Shown here piece by piece: positions 1 through 30,363 of a stretch of 64,000 bases of DNA. Source of the DNA: the human T2T-CHM13v2.0 reference genome, Homo sapiens; assembly GCF_009914755.1 (NCBI RefSeq), contig NC_060931.1, one strand, 5' to 3'. The notes beneath the pieces are model-generated. The model had not been told where the DNA came from. It searched no databases and was given only the letters and a program-made list of their open reading frames with translations. Both the position numbers and the translations under genes were made by a program. Within the stretch, counting starts at the first letter, position 1. Each line of letters opens with the position of its first letter.

Positions 1-569
1 AAAACTCGTCTCAAAAAAAAAAAAAAAAAGGAAAATAAAAATCCCTGATAAAGGATCAATGACCTTAGGATAATGTCATTCCAGGTAAGTATCTTTAACT
101 GGGTACTTGGTCCTCCAAGATTCAGAGGACCTTGATCCCCCTGAAACTGTATACATAATATTCAACATACATAGTATGTGCACACATGTGCAAACACTCA
201 CATTATCTAAAATTCATCATAATCTTACCCCGGCTTCTCCCCATACTCCTCAGATCCTGCTATAGCCTAGTGCATTTTCTCCTTCCTCACTCCCTTCCCT
301 CCATGTGTCCTCTGCCCTGGCCACCAGGAACTTTGTGCTGCCTCCGGAGTGCATGAGGCACTTTCACATCTCTCTTGCTTTACAAGAGCTTCCCTATGCT
401 CCAACTGGCAAATTTCTCTATGGACTGAAAAACCCACATAGCCTTTATCTGTCTTGTGATGTCTTCTCCCCACCCTCAAGTTAGGCATACCCTTCTATGC
501 CCTCCTTTATCCAAACATTTTCCCCACTATATCGTAATTGTGTGTTTAAGTGCCGGACTTTCCAACTAG

Positions 570-1621
<1,052 letters not shown>

Positions 1622-2049
1622 AAGAAACCATTTCTGATTCACCTATTCACTCCCGCACTCCCACTACACAGTAGCTAAATAAATAAATAAATATTAAAAA
1701 TAAATAGGAAAGAAAGAGAGAAAAAAAGAAAAGAAAAAGACAAAAATTTAAATTTAAAAAGGTTGTGCTCGATGGCTCACACTTGCAACCCCAGTGCTTT
1801 GGGAGGCTGAATGAAGCAAGAGGATCGCTTGAGGCCAGGAGTTTGAGATCGGCCTGAGCAACGTTGCAGCATTGCAAAACCCCCATCTGTACAAAAAAGA
1901 AAAATAAAATTAATTTTAAAAACAAAAAAAGAGAAACAGTAGCACATGTATGTACTGGCACCATGTATGTACTAGTAAAAACTAGTTAAAATTAAGTCAG
2001 TAATTAATGAAGGAATAAGTCAATGAGTGAGCAGGCGAAGGAAGAAAAC

Positions 2050-2780
2050 ATAGACGGGAGCAGGTGCGCCTTGGGTTGAGCCCTTCCCCGCTGAGCCCCG
2101 CCTTCTGCCCGCCCCTGGGCCCTACCGGGACTACATTTCCCAGAAGGCCGCACGCCCCGGGCATGCGCAGCGGCTCGCTCGGAAGCTGCGACGCCGAGTT
2201 TCACTCTGGCTGCCTTCTCCTGAGAGTCGGAGCCACAGCCAGAGCCCTGCCCAGGCCGAGCCGGAGCTGCAGCCCGAGCGCGGTGGTGCCCTCAGCCCCG
2301 TCCTCTTGTCCTCCTCAGCCTCGGTGAGAGGGCGGGAAGGCCACCTGCGCGTCGCTAGGGCTGCGGTCCCAGGGGCGCGGGGTGGCGCGGGGAGCCGGAG
2401 CCTAGCTGGGACCGGAAGGGGGCGGGCGTGGGTGTGAGGGGGACCGACGGCCGGGGCGGCGGGGACACCCGGGGGTCCCGGGAGATCGGGGTTGTCGGGG
2501 GGATCGGTCTCCGGGATCAAGGTCCTGAGGGCGAGAGTTGGGGGACTTGGGAGGCGCCGGCAGCTTTGGACGGGACAGGGTGCCGGGTGCGAAAGGGGAC
2601 GTTCGGATGAAGGCTGAGGGGCTCGCAGGCGGAGGGGCGCGGTTCCGGGTCGCTCGGAAGGCGCGCACCCCTTCCCAAAGTACCCAGAGGAGGGGGTGAC
2701 GAGATTGCCACCGGCTCCCTGACGAGGGGTTGGTCCTGCTGGGGTCTACCCCCAGGTGAAGGGACTCACTGGGCCGGGGG
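2050..2780 (+). promoter_or_regulatory. DTX2: CpG island / DTX2 promoter
   Basis: GC- and CpG-dense stretch. It contains a GC box (2107-2115), a ZNF143/THAP11-type GGACTACATTTCCCAGAAGGC (2128-2148), an NRF1-like GCATGCGCA (2161-2169) and an ETS core CGGAAG (2180-2185). Confidence 0.85.
2190..2323 (+). other. DTX2: DTX2 non-coding exon 1 (5' end approximate)
   Basis: Lies just downstream of the promoter motifs and ends at donor TCG|GTGAGA (GT at 2324). Confidence 0.7.
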
Positions 2781-3269
2781 TTGTACTTTGGAGGAGTTTG
2801 CTTCCTAACTCTGCTTCCCTGCTTTCCTGTGGGGGGTCTTCCCAGGAGTTCCTGGGGCCCTGGGTCACTTTTTGGGGTGCGTAAGGGGTGCCGAAAAAGA
2901 TTTAGAACTCGGTTCCCTTTTCTGGAGCTGCGCTTTCATCGCGACTGTCTCAGCCAGCTGCCCTCCTCCTCCAAGCTGGCTCCACTTCTCTAAGCGCCAA
3001 CAGCGATGGAAATAAATAGCATGTGTACAGACGCCTGGACCCTTGAGAAACTCAGAATATTTCTGCATGCCTTCCTAGCTCCTCTAGCGCTCTAGAAGGT
3101 AGACTTTCTGGTAGCCACCATCCGGGCTTAAGCCATCCGGATAGCAAGCCCTCTGATTCGGTTGCTCTGTGACCTTAAATATTTACCCTCTCTGGTGTGT
3201 TGATTTCCTGGATGCTTAGCTGCCAGACTGGCTTATGAAGTCCTTTTAGAGTTTTCTGTAAAAGGGCTC

Positions 3270-7682
<4,413 letters not shown>

Positions 7683-7689
7683 GTGTTCA

Positions 7690-8170
7690 TCTTTCGTAGC
7701 TATTGCTAGACCATTTCCTGAATGAAGTGCTTATACCAGTATCCACTTTACCAGCAGTGTCCTGTGTCTTGCAGCTCCACAGTCTTACCAACATTTGCTG
7801 TTGGCCAAGTGAATGGGTAGAAAATGGAATCTTTGGGAACTTGGTTTCTAGGTCCCTGAGCCCTGCTACTGAATATCTCCTCTTATGTTTATTGGCATAT
7901 GTGTTTCCTGTGAAATATTCATGTCTTTTGCCAGTTTTTCATTAGGGTTCTTGGTGCTTTATTTTTTGTTGATCTATAGGGCTCTTTATATATTGCTGAT
8001 TTTAATCCTTCGTGTCTATTGCAAATATCTTCTCCCAGCTTTTAACCTATTATTCCTCTTTCTTTAAGGTGTCTTCTGTTGATCAGCCATTCTTCATTTT
8101 AACATAGCGAAATGTATTTTTTCCCTAGTACTCAGTTTTCTGGGTCTGGTTTGAAGTCTTTTCCTGAACA
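7690..8170 (-). mobile_element. Old L1M fragment
   Basis: T-rich, degenerate antisense L1 3'-region-like sequence. Confidence 0.5.
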
Positions 8171-8850
8171 TAACCCTTGCCTTTAAGGAGCGTATGCATT
8201 CTCCAGTGGAGGAGACAGATAATGGCACTGAGACGTCATGTGGGCATTGATTGTTAGAAGTGGCCACTTCTGCCTGTGGAGCGGGAGCGAACTTAGGAAA
8301 GATCTCACAGGGCAGAGTCTTGAGCTAGGAATTAAGAGATGAGTAAGTGGACAAGTGCGATGGGCATTCTCAGTGGGGGATGAAGGGCATGAAACATCCT
8401 GACCTGCCCTGGGCACTGCCAGGAGGTCCAGATGGCAGGAGCTGACGGTTTGAGGGGCTCGGGCAGGGCATCCCGAGGACAGCTTTGGGTGATCTGTATG
8501 CAAGGGAATATTGAAGCCATGGGAACAGATCCTGAGGATCCGGGGGGAATGGAGAGAGGAGGGGAGGAGGGGAGAGGGAGGCCAGGGCCTGATTCCCGGA
8601 TGCAGAGAATGTTATCAACGCCCGGTGTGGCTCTGGGGAGCACCTGGGGCTTCCCAGGGGCGGGTGCTGTTGGCATGCTGCCTGCTGTGCTGTTGGATGC
8701 TGTATTTCACCCTTAGGTGTTGGGCAAAGGCTGACATGTCTGCAGAGGGCAGGGCGTGTTGTTGGCAAAGCTAGCCAGAGGCAGAGCACTCTCTCACTTT
8801 TTGATAGAGACATGAGTTCAGAGAAGTATTGCTCAACTGTAGGAGTGTGA

Positions 8851-9690
<840 letters not shown>

Positions 9691-9767
9691 CCATAGGGAG
9701 TCATGGTAGCTGTGGCCACCCAGAGAGGACGTTCCAGCCACCATTGCAGTTTAGCTGGTGTTGCTAG

Positions 9768-10111
<344 letters not shown>

Positions 10112-10289
10112 TGATCTGCCTGCCTCGGCCTCCCAAAGTGCTGGGATTACAGGTGTGAGCCACTGAGCCCGGCCAAATATTCCAATTTTTAAACATCAGC
10201 TCAGTTTTTAAAAGCCAAACCTTAGTAACCCAAGCAAAACACATCTACAGGCCAGTTTGTCCGTCGTCAGTCTGTCTTGGTGGGAAAGA

Positions 10290-10500
10290 CAGGAACTCTG
10301 GAAACAGATTTGGGTTTTCTCAGTCCCTGGATATCCTTGGGCAAGCTGCATGTCTTCTGGTGACTCACTTTTCTCAGTTGTGGTATGGAAATATCCCGCT
10401 TCCCCAGTTGTGAGGACCAACGAGAATTACTAGTCAGGTGGAGGGGCTTAGCACGGTGCCTGGTGCCTGGTAAACCTTTACCTGGTAGCCATTGCTGTTA
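10290..10500 (+). mobile_element. MIR element
   Basis: Degenerate MIR core and 3' end (CCTTGGGCAAG...GTTGTGAGGA...GCTTAGCACGGTGCCTGG). Confidence 0.6.
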
Positions 10501-10781
10501 TTCATTTATTTATTTATTTTACACAATAATTTACTTATTGAGAGCCTTCTCTCCCCGCCCTTGCAGTCTCTAGGTCACTTTTTCCACTTGTAGATTTTGT
10601 GCACAAGCCCCAGAAAGATGGCTGGGGGCAGGGGCTCTGCATACTATTCGATGAGACCCATAACGTGGCTGTAACTGTCTTTCTCATACTGCAAGAACAC
10701 GGCTGGCAGATCCAGCTCCTCGTACAGTGCCTTCACCCGGGCCACCTTCTCGGCCTCCTTCTGCCTGTAATTTTCCTTCAG

Positions 10782-10901
10782 GATCTGGTACTGTTCTGGA
10801 GTGGCCTGTAGCAGACACTGAACCACCAGCCAGCTGCATTTGTTGTCCTGGAAGTCATTGCCAACTCTGCCAGTCACACTGGGGTCCCCAAAGAAGTCAA
10901 G
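10782..10901 (+). other. DTX2: Candidate alternative DTX2 5'UTR exon within the antisense FDPS retrocopy
   Basis: Acceptor TTTTCCTTCAG| (ends 10781) and donor CAAG|GTAATC (10902). 120 nt, no ATG. Confidence 0.55.
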
Positions 10902-11610
10902 GTAATCATCCTGAATCTGAAAGAACTCTTGAATCTCCAGCAGGATCTTCTTGGCACTGGTGTGCTCCTTCTTGTCATCCATTCTTGACATGTACATGGC
11001 TGCAGCTACAGGAAGGTAGAAGGAGTAGAAAGCTGTCTTGTACTTGACAACAGATTTGTGCCTTTTTTCGGTGCATCTGCGAAGATCCACATTGCCCTGG
11101 GGGGTTGTGATGAGGTCGAGGGTCTGCCCAATCTCAGTCTGAGAAGAATTCTGCTGGAAGAGCTCCATCAGGTTCAGGTAATAGGGCTGCTCCCGGCAAT
11201 ACAGCTTCAGCAGGCAGTAGATACATGCTTCCAGAAGGATAGCATCATTGATGGCATCCAAACCCATGCCCAGCTTCTGATACCAGGAGATCTGTCCCTG
11301 GCAGGTAAGGGATGAATCCATAATGTCATCTGCCACCAGGAAGAAAGCTTGCAGCAGTTGCGCATACCAGCCCACAGTCGGTGCCCACCGGAGACTATCA
11401 GCATCCAGTTTCCTCGGCTCCACCAGCTCCCGGAACGCTACTAGCACCATCAAACCTCGGTGATACTTGCCTCCAATGGCATTGTACTCCAGGACCTCCT
11501 TGAGCCGGGCAGTAGCATCTCCTGTCTCTGGGTGCCCCATCTCATCCTCAGTCAGCACCCTAACGATCTGGGAGTAGTGCTGAACGAAATCCTGCTTTGC
11601 TTGGGCATAA

Positions 11611-11954
<344 letters not shown>

Positions 11955-12011
11955 TCATTCTGAGGGAGGAGCAAAGGGCTGTGTTCCTGGATGCGGGTTC
12001 CTGCTTGGCTG

Positions 12012-21954
<9,943 letters not shown>

Positions 21955-22014
21955 TGATCAGTATTATTGAGAATGAGGCACCAGTTTCCTCTCGGAGCCA
22001 TCCCTTACTCTAAT

Positions 22015-22236
22015 CTGGTGGTTGTCACTGGGGGTGATTTTGTCCCCGGGGCCATCTGACAATGTTTGGAGACATTGTTGGTTGTTACAGCTGAGTGGGT
22101 GGGAGGTGGGGGTGCTCCTGGCATCTGGTGGGTGGAGGCCAGGGATGCTGCTCGCCATCCGGCAGTGCACTGGGCTGGCCCTGCAGTAAGGAATTATTGG
22201 CCCACAGTGTCACCAGTGAGGAAACTTGAAAAACTG
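22015..22236 (+). mobile_element. MER20 DNA transposon fossil
   Basis: GGGGGTGATTTTGTCCCC...GGAGACATT...CTGGCATCTGGTGGGTGGAGGCCAGGGATGCTGCT matches the MER20 consensus as I recall it. Confidence 0.8.
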
Positions 22237-22957
22237 GTTTTTCCTTTTTTTTTTCAATTTTAATTTTAGTTTTATTTTTAAAAGTATGGGTTTTTTTTTT
22301 CGTGTTTGTTTGTTTGTTTTTTGTAAAGACTGGGTCTCCATTGCCCTGTGTTGCCCAGGCTGGTCTTCAACTCCTGAGCTCAAGTGATCCTCCTGCCTTG
22401 GCCTCCGAAAGTGTTGGGATTACAGGCTTGAGCCGTCATGCCCAGCCCTGGAAACTATGTGTTTCCAGGAGTGTCGTAGAGTCTGTGAAAACTGTGGCTG
22501 TCAGTCAGCTCCCAAGTCGTTGCCTTCACAGTGTGTGAAGTCAACTGAGAAAGATAGCAGACAGGATAAATAATAACATGGAAATTGCATATCGTGGCAG
22601 AGAGCAGGAAGTGTTAATCGGGGAATGAAAGTGGCAGGTGTTGTAGAGGTCGATTTGAAGTTAGGTGGGTGTGGTGTCATGTGCCTGTAGTCCCAGTTAT
22701 TTAGGAGGCTAAGGCAGGAGGATCGCTTGAGCCCAGGAGGTCAGGGTGGCAGTGAACTATGATCACATCACTGCACTGCAGCCTGGGCGACAAAGGGGTA
22801 CCCTGCCTCTAACAATAAATAAATAAACAAATAGCAGCATGACTGTGTACCTACTGTGTTCCTATTTGTTTATTTTGGCGGTTGAAAAAAGAATTTGAAC
22901 GTTCCCTGTATCTTGGGGATGCTAGCAGACTAACCTTTTGTTTTCCTTTGAAAATAG

Positions 22958-23597
22958 GCACCATGCGGGCTGTGCGGAGACACCTGTTCCCCCAGCACTC
23001 AGCCCCTGGCCGAGGTGTCGTCTGGGAGTGGCTGAGCGACGATGGCTCCTGGACTGCCTATGAAGCCAGCGTCTGTGACTATCTGGAGCAGCAGGTGGCC
23101 AGGGGCAACCAGCTCGTGGACTTGGCGCCCCTGGGGTACAACTACACTGTCAACTACACCACCCACACGCAGACCAACAAGACTTCCAGCTTTTGCCGCA
23201 GCGTGCGGCGCCAAGCAGGGCCGCCTTACCCGGTGACCACCATCATCGCTCCGCCGGGCCACACAGGCGTCGCCTGCTCTTGCCACCAGTGCCTCAGTGG
23301 CAGCAGAACTGGCCCCGTGTCAGGCCGCTACCGCCACTCCATGACCAACCTCCCTGCATACCCCGTCCCCCAGCACCCCCCACACAGGACCGCTTCTGTG
23401 TTTGGGACCCACCAGGCCTTTGCACCGTACAACAAACCCTCACTCTCCGGGGCCCGGTCTGCGCCCAGGCTGAACACCACCAACGCCTGGGGCGCAGCTC
23501 CTCCTTCCCTGGGGAGCCAGCCCCTCTACCGCTCCAGCCTCTCCCACCTGGGACCGCAGCACCTGCCCCCAGGATCCTCCACCTCCGGTGCAGTCAG
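22958..23597 (+). CDS. DTX2: DTX2 coding exon 2 (WWE2 and start of Pro-rich linker)
   Basis: Acceptor AAATAG|, GTMRAVRR...[12 protein letters not shown]...GAVS, donor CAG|GTATCG. Confidence 0.96.
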
Positions 23598-24592
23598 GTA
23601 TCGTGGGCAACGGCCGCTCATTTTGTCTGCCCTGTGTTTCCGCTCTTAGCCGGGAAGACTCACCCCAATTCCTGCAGATGCGGCTCCTGCCCCCTAGGTG
23701 GTCCTGCCGTGGCATCTCATTTGCATGTGGCATGTGGGTGCCGAGGTGCCGTGGCCATCCAGAGCCTACCTGACCCCTTGTACCTGAGTCCTGGCGGTCA
23801 CCACACGGGTTAGAATCTACAGTCCTTTCACTCACGATGATTAAGGGCCTCCACATGGAGCAGAGTTAAAGGCCTGTGGCCTCTGCTTGCGGGCTGCATG
23901 GCGAGCATTGTGCCCGAGAACACTGGGTCACTGCCTGTACACTGACTCCCGCCTTGTGCCAGGCCCTAAGGACCCAGAGACCAGAGTATCAGCCCTTACC
24001 CCTGAGCCCTAGTCTAGTGCAAGGGGCTGTCAGCGCGGTGTGAGGGAGGGCAGAATGTGGAGCACGTGGCAGTGGCTGCAGGTGGCACGGGTGACCTGGC
24101 CCCCGTGATGATGCAGCCCAGCCCAGAGTGCCTGGTAGAGCGCTCAGCTCCTTGAGAGAGAGAGAATGATACCACGGGCCCAGTGCAGACCAGAGCGGGT
24201 GGCATTTAAAATGAGGAGATTGGTCAGGCACAGAGGCTGACACCTTTAATCCCAGCACTTTGGGAGGCCAAGGCAGGAAGATCATTTGAACCCAGCAGTC
24301 AGAGACCAGCCTGAGCAACATAGCGAGACCCCATCTCCACAAAAAAAATTTTTTTAATTAGCCAGGCATGGTGGTACACACCTGTAATCCCAGCTACTTG
24401 GGAGACTGAGGCAGGAGGATTGCTGGAGACCAGGAGGTCAAGGCAGCAGTGAGCTGTGATCGCGCCACTGCACTTCAGCCCCCTAGGTGACAGAGTGAGA
24501 CCCTGTCTTAAAGCTGGGCCCAGTGGCTCACGCCTGTAGTTCCAGCACTTTGGGAGGCCGAGGTGGGCGGATCACCTGAGGTCAGGAGTTCA

Positions 24593-24910
<318 letters not shown>

Positions 24911-27298
24911 TCATTCATTATTGAGAATGTTGGGCTTGGAGCACATTTTGAGAATTCAGAGTGGTAGCTGGGACAGGGCTTTCTGAGAGTGCCCTGGTGC
25001 GGGTGGTGAGGGAGTGGGTGGGCCTGGGGCCGCCCTGGTCCCAGGGAGGAAATCATCTCCTTTCTCCGCACTGGCCCTGGTCGGCATCCTGCTGCCTCCC
25101 TGCTCACCGGCCCACCCCTGCCCACCGCAGCCACGTCAAGGGCTGAAACTTCACAGGGTGGTTGAGACCTCCTTGGCAGCTTCTTGGACCTCTAGTATTT
25201 GTTCAGACTGGGTTTCCGAGGACCCTGCCAGCTTGTGTAAGACACAGTGACAGCGCCTCCCGCTCATTGGTTCGTGTCATGTGCCAGGCCCTCCTGAGCA
25301 GGCTGCTTGAGTGACTTCACTCATCCCACGATGCTCTCAGGCTGAGCAGTGTTCTTCGCTTACAGGAGAGCACATTCAGGCCCATGAGGTTGGCGACACA
25401 GCCAGCAAGTAGCGGAGCTGGGATTCAGCCCAGACCCCAAGAGTGGGCTATCTGGGGCACATGGGGAGTTATTGACATTCCCGGGAAGGCAGGGGGCTCT
25501 TTTAATACATTTTAATTTTATTTTATTACTATTTTTAAAGACAAGGTTTTGCTCTGTCACCCAGGCTAGCGTACAGTGGTGCAATCATGGTTCACTGCAG
25601 GCTTGAACTCCTGTGCTCAAGTGATCCTCCTGCCTCAGCCTCCTGAGTAGCTGGGACCACAGGTATACACCACCACACCCGGCTAATTTTTCAGTTTTAC
25701 GTGGAGGCAAGGTCTTGCCATGTTGTCCAGGCTGGTCTTGAATTCTTGGCCTCAAGCAATCCTCTTGCCCCAGCCTTCCAAAGTGCTGAGATTATAGGCA
25801 TGAGCCACCACACCTGGCCCAAAAGGCCTCTTGAGGGATGAGCTAGGAGGAGGCCAGTAGACAGGAGGGTGATGGGCCTTGGGTGAGTCAGAGTTTTCCT
25901 GGGCATCTTCTTCCAGGAGTTGGGGCACGTGCATCTGAGATCTTTCTGGGAGTTGGGAGTATAGGAAGGTGTCATCGGGGCTCTCTGAGGACATAGACAT
26001 AGGCTAGCCAGGCTCAGGGAGATGCTCCCCCAACTTCCCTCCCTGAGTATCTGGGTCAGCCTGTTTCAGAGAACAGTGTGCTCTATCTGCTGGCCCAGGA
26101 GGGTTCTTAGAGGTGCTGGGACTTCTGTCAGCCCTGTTCCACTCAGCTTCCTGGAGCTTCTTAAGTTCTTAGGAATTATTTTGAGGCAAATTTCTAGATA
26201 GTGCTAGAGCTGGGATTCTGGAGTTAAGTCATTTAATGTGGATTTGTTCCTTTCTCCTGGTATTGGGCCTCGTTGGTCTTTCCTAAACCATTTCCGTTTC
26301 TCCCAGTATTTCTCTGGGGTCCCCGTCCCTGGCCTGAGGGCCCCCAGAAGTGCTGATGTGGGTCCTACCGGTGTGGGCCAGGCAAGTTACAGAAAAGAAG
26401 GTGGATGGGCCAGTCTGTCTTCCCTTGGTGCTGGGGTGGGCATGCTGTGGCTTGCCCCACGTTGTAAGTCAGGAGGGAACCAGGCCAGCAGGCTCTGTTA
26501 GTGGAAACAGCCTCAAAGGGGCCTGCCTCCTGGGGTAGGTGTAGGTGCATCCTGATTCCTTTGGTTTTCTTGGAGCTGGGAGAGGTGTAATTCACCTGCA
26601 CGAGCCTATCTATGCGCTGAAAAACAGGCTTTTCCCCTGCCTGATTCGTAGTGAGGCCCCCTGCAGTTAACCCTCCTCTGATGGATGTAGAGCCAGATGG
26701 GGCTTAGTAAATACCTGACCTCTTAACCTAGCAGGCGGCAAGGTTCTCACAGCCAAGTGCATGTCAACAGCATCAGGTGAAAGTTACCTTGGATGTGAGG
26801 AGGCAGGCAGGGCAGGCAGGGCCCGTCTAGAGCCAGCGCCATGGGCTGGGGAAGCCCGAGAACCGACTTTTTACTGGCAGCCACTGGAAATACCATGTGA
26901 GCGCGTGAAATTGAAAAATTTCCTGGAACTCACGTGCACAGCTTCCACGTGCCCCCTGGGAACAGGCCGTGATACAAGAAAGCGTGTCATCTGGGGCTGA
27001 GCTGCTGGGTGGCAGTAGATTTCCTGGTAGCTGAAGTTGATCCCTTTAAGCACCAAAACTTGTGTTTTAATGATGTTGGATGGAAATCTTTCCTAAATGT
27101 GTCATGCATGCTCTTGTCTCCCTTAATGGAGAGAGTGTGACACTGCTTAGCACTTGGATGGCTTGGGGTGGTGGTTATGACCAGCAGTCTGTCACAGCTC
27201 AGCGAGGTGAAGCCTGTGGGCGTTTTGCTCTGTGCTGAATGGCTCAGTGGCCCTACAAAGCGGAGCTCAGCTCTTGGTGGCTTTCTGTTGTGGTGGGC

Positions 27299-27299
<1 letters not shown>

Positions 27300-27359
<60 letters not shown>
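27300..27359 (+). repeat. Pure trinucleotide repeat (GCT)20 / (CTG)19
   Basis: Counted directly. Lies in the DTX2 intron between coding exons 2 and 3. Confidence 0.97.
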
Positions 27360-27361
<2 letters not shown>

Positions 27362-29027
27362 TGCCCTTGCCTCTAAAAGAACTCACTTCCTCTTCCTCCT
27401 GCTGCCACCTGTCTTTTGGCTTGTGGGATTGGAGTCATGGGGCCCAGATGGAGCCTTGCTCCTGACTTATGATAGGCCCTCGGTCTCTTTTCTTCTCTAT
27501 TTTTTTCTTCTTTCTTTTCTTTTTCTTTGTTTTTTGTTTTGTTTTGTTTTAAGAGACAGGGTCTCACTCTGTCACCCAGGCTAGAGTGAAGTGGTGTGAT
27601 CGTGGCTCACTGCAGCCTCAAACTCCTGGGCTCAAGGGATCCTCCTGCCTCAGCCTCCTGAGTGGCCAGGACTACAGGCTTGTGCCATTGTGCCCAGCTA
27701 ATTTTTTAAATTTTTTGTAGAGACGGGTCTCACTATATTGCCCAGGCTGGTCCCAAACTCTTGGCCTCCCAAAGCACTGGGATTACAAGTGTGAGCCACC
27801 GTGCCCTGCCTCTTCTTCTTTTGAGCTAGTCGGTTTCTGAGGTTGCCTTCTGCTCTATTGTTGCTGTGGTTTTCAGGATGTAGTTAGGGCCCTACAGGAA
27901 AGTGCCTGGTGGCCCTTAGGGCCTGGCTTCACCTCCCTCTGCTCCTCCAAGACCTTGGCCCCATGGATATTTGTCCTGGGTCTCACCACTGCCCTGGCGG
28001 CCTTTGGGAATCATCCTCACAGGTAGAGGAATTGAGGCTCGGGAAGGGGACTTGCCATGCTCAGCACACACGGCTTTGAGCGGGAGCATACGCCTCTAGC
28101 ATCGTCTCCAGCCTCTGCAGCTCATGGGACTGGCTGCCAGCCCCAATCCCAGAGGGTGTGGACTTGGAGAGGGGCTTTGGATCTCCTTCCTCTCCGGCCT
28201 CCTGGCTTTGCCCCTCGCCCTGCATAGAAAACTCGGAGTCCTCATGTCTCACGTTTCCCACTCTGTCTGGGATCTCCTGGAGATGGTCACAGACAGGAAA
28301 GCCAGGGAGGGCCTAATAGGTGGACCAGGAGTTGGGGAGAGGAGGAGGGTGCCTGAGGCCATGACTATAGGGACTTCTCAGAGAAGGACACTTCAGGGGG
28401 CAGTTGGTGCCCCCATCTGGGAACGTTCTGCAGGTCCGAGCCCTCTGAGGATGGTGAGGGCGATTGATAACCTCTGAGGTTCCGTCCACCCCTAGGGGCC
28501 CCTATCTTGGGAACCTCTGGATCCTTGTACGGCTCAGTTCCTAGAGGTCACAGCAGGGACACACACCGGGGAGGAACTGCGATTATATGGGGGAAGTGGT
28601 GTCATTTTTAGAGCTTTCTACAGAACATTTTCCTGGTTCCTGCTCTCCATTCACAGGGTGAGTGCCCACTGGAAGCCTCGCTGTGCTTCTGCTTTCTCCT
28701 GTAGTCCTTGGAAGCAAGGACTTCTTGTTCGTTCTTTAGGAACGGAAGCAAACGTTCTCGTTCAGATATGTGCCTCTCCCTGGTGAAGGAAGACCTCACT
28801 TCCTGGGATTTTTCTGTGGGATGGAGCAGCCAGGGACCCCATCTCTGGTGGGGGCGGGGCGGAGGGGGGTGCACCATGGGCTTAGAGCCCCTCTGGGCCA
28901 GTGCTGCCTAGCCTGCTGCATAGCCCATTTGTTTTGTAGACTTGCAGTGCCAAATTTCAGCTTTCTGGGCTCCAACTACGGGCTTGAGCTCAGTGCTGCC
29001 CTAGAGGGTCCTGAATGCCTTCACTTA

Positions 29028-29501
<474 letters not shown>

Positions 29502-29640
29502 CTAAGCATTATCAGGGCCCCCAGATCCACTACCAGCCTTGCCTTTGGATCGGGAGTAGGCAAGGAGAGCAAGAAGCTGCTCTTTGCTTAGCACGGCCAC
29601 AGAGGCAATCCTGTTTGAGAACAGTCAACAAACAAACTCA

Positions 29641-29763
<123 letters not shown>

Positions 29764-29822
29764 CTATATATATATAAAATTAGCCAGGTGTGGTGGTGCT
29801 CACTTGTAGTCCCAGCTACTCA

Positions 29823-29957
<135 letters not shown>

Positions 29958-30147
29958 CTACCGGCATGACCCTACCTCTTAAAAAAAAGAAATATGATGA
30001 CTTAAGACCAAATGAGTGGCCAGGTATGGTGTCTCATGCCTGTAATCCCAGCACTTTGGGAGGCTGAGGTGGGCAGATCACCTGAGGTCAGGAGTTTGAA
30101 ATCAGCCTGGCCAACACTGTGAAACCCCTGTCTCTACTAAAAATTCA

Positions 30148-30363
<216 letters not shown>

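Noticed and set aside
10644-11558. Calling the 304-aa ORF a functional FDPS gene
   Set aside because: It is intronless with TSDs, has an Alu at the start codon, substituted conserved arginines and a premature stop.
27168-27584. Poly-Ala and poly-Leu ORFs across the CTG tract
   Set aside because: By-products of the repeat that run into an Alu, with no coding evidence.
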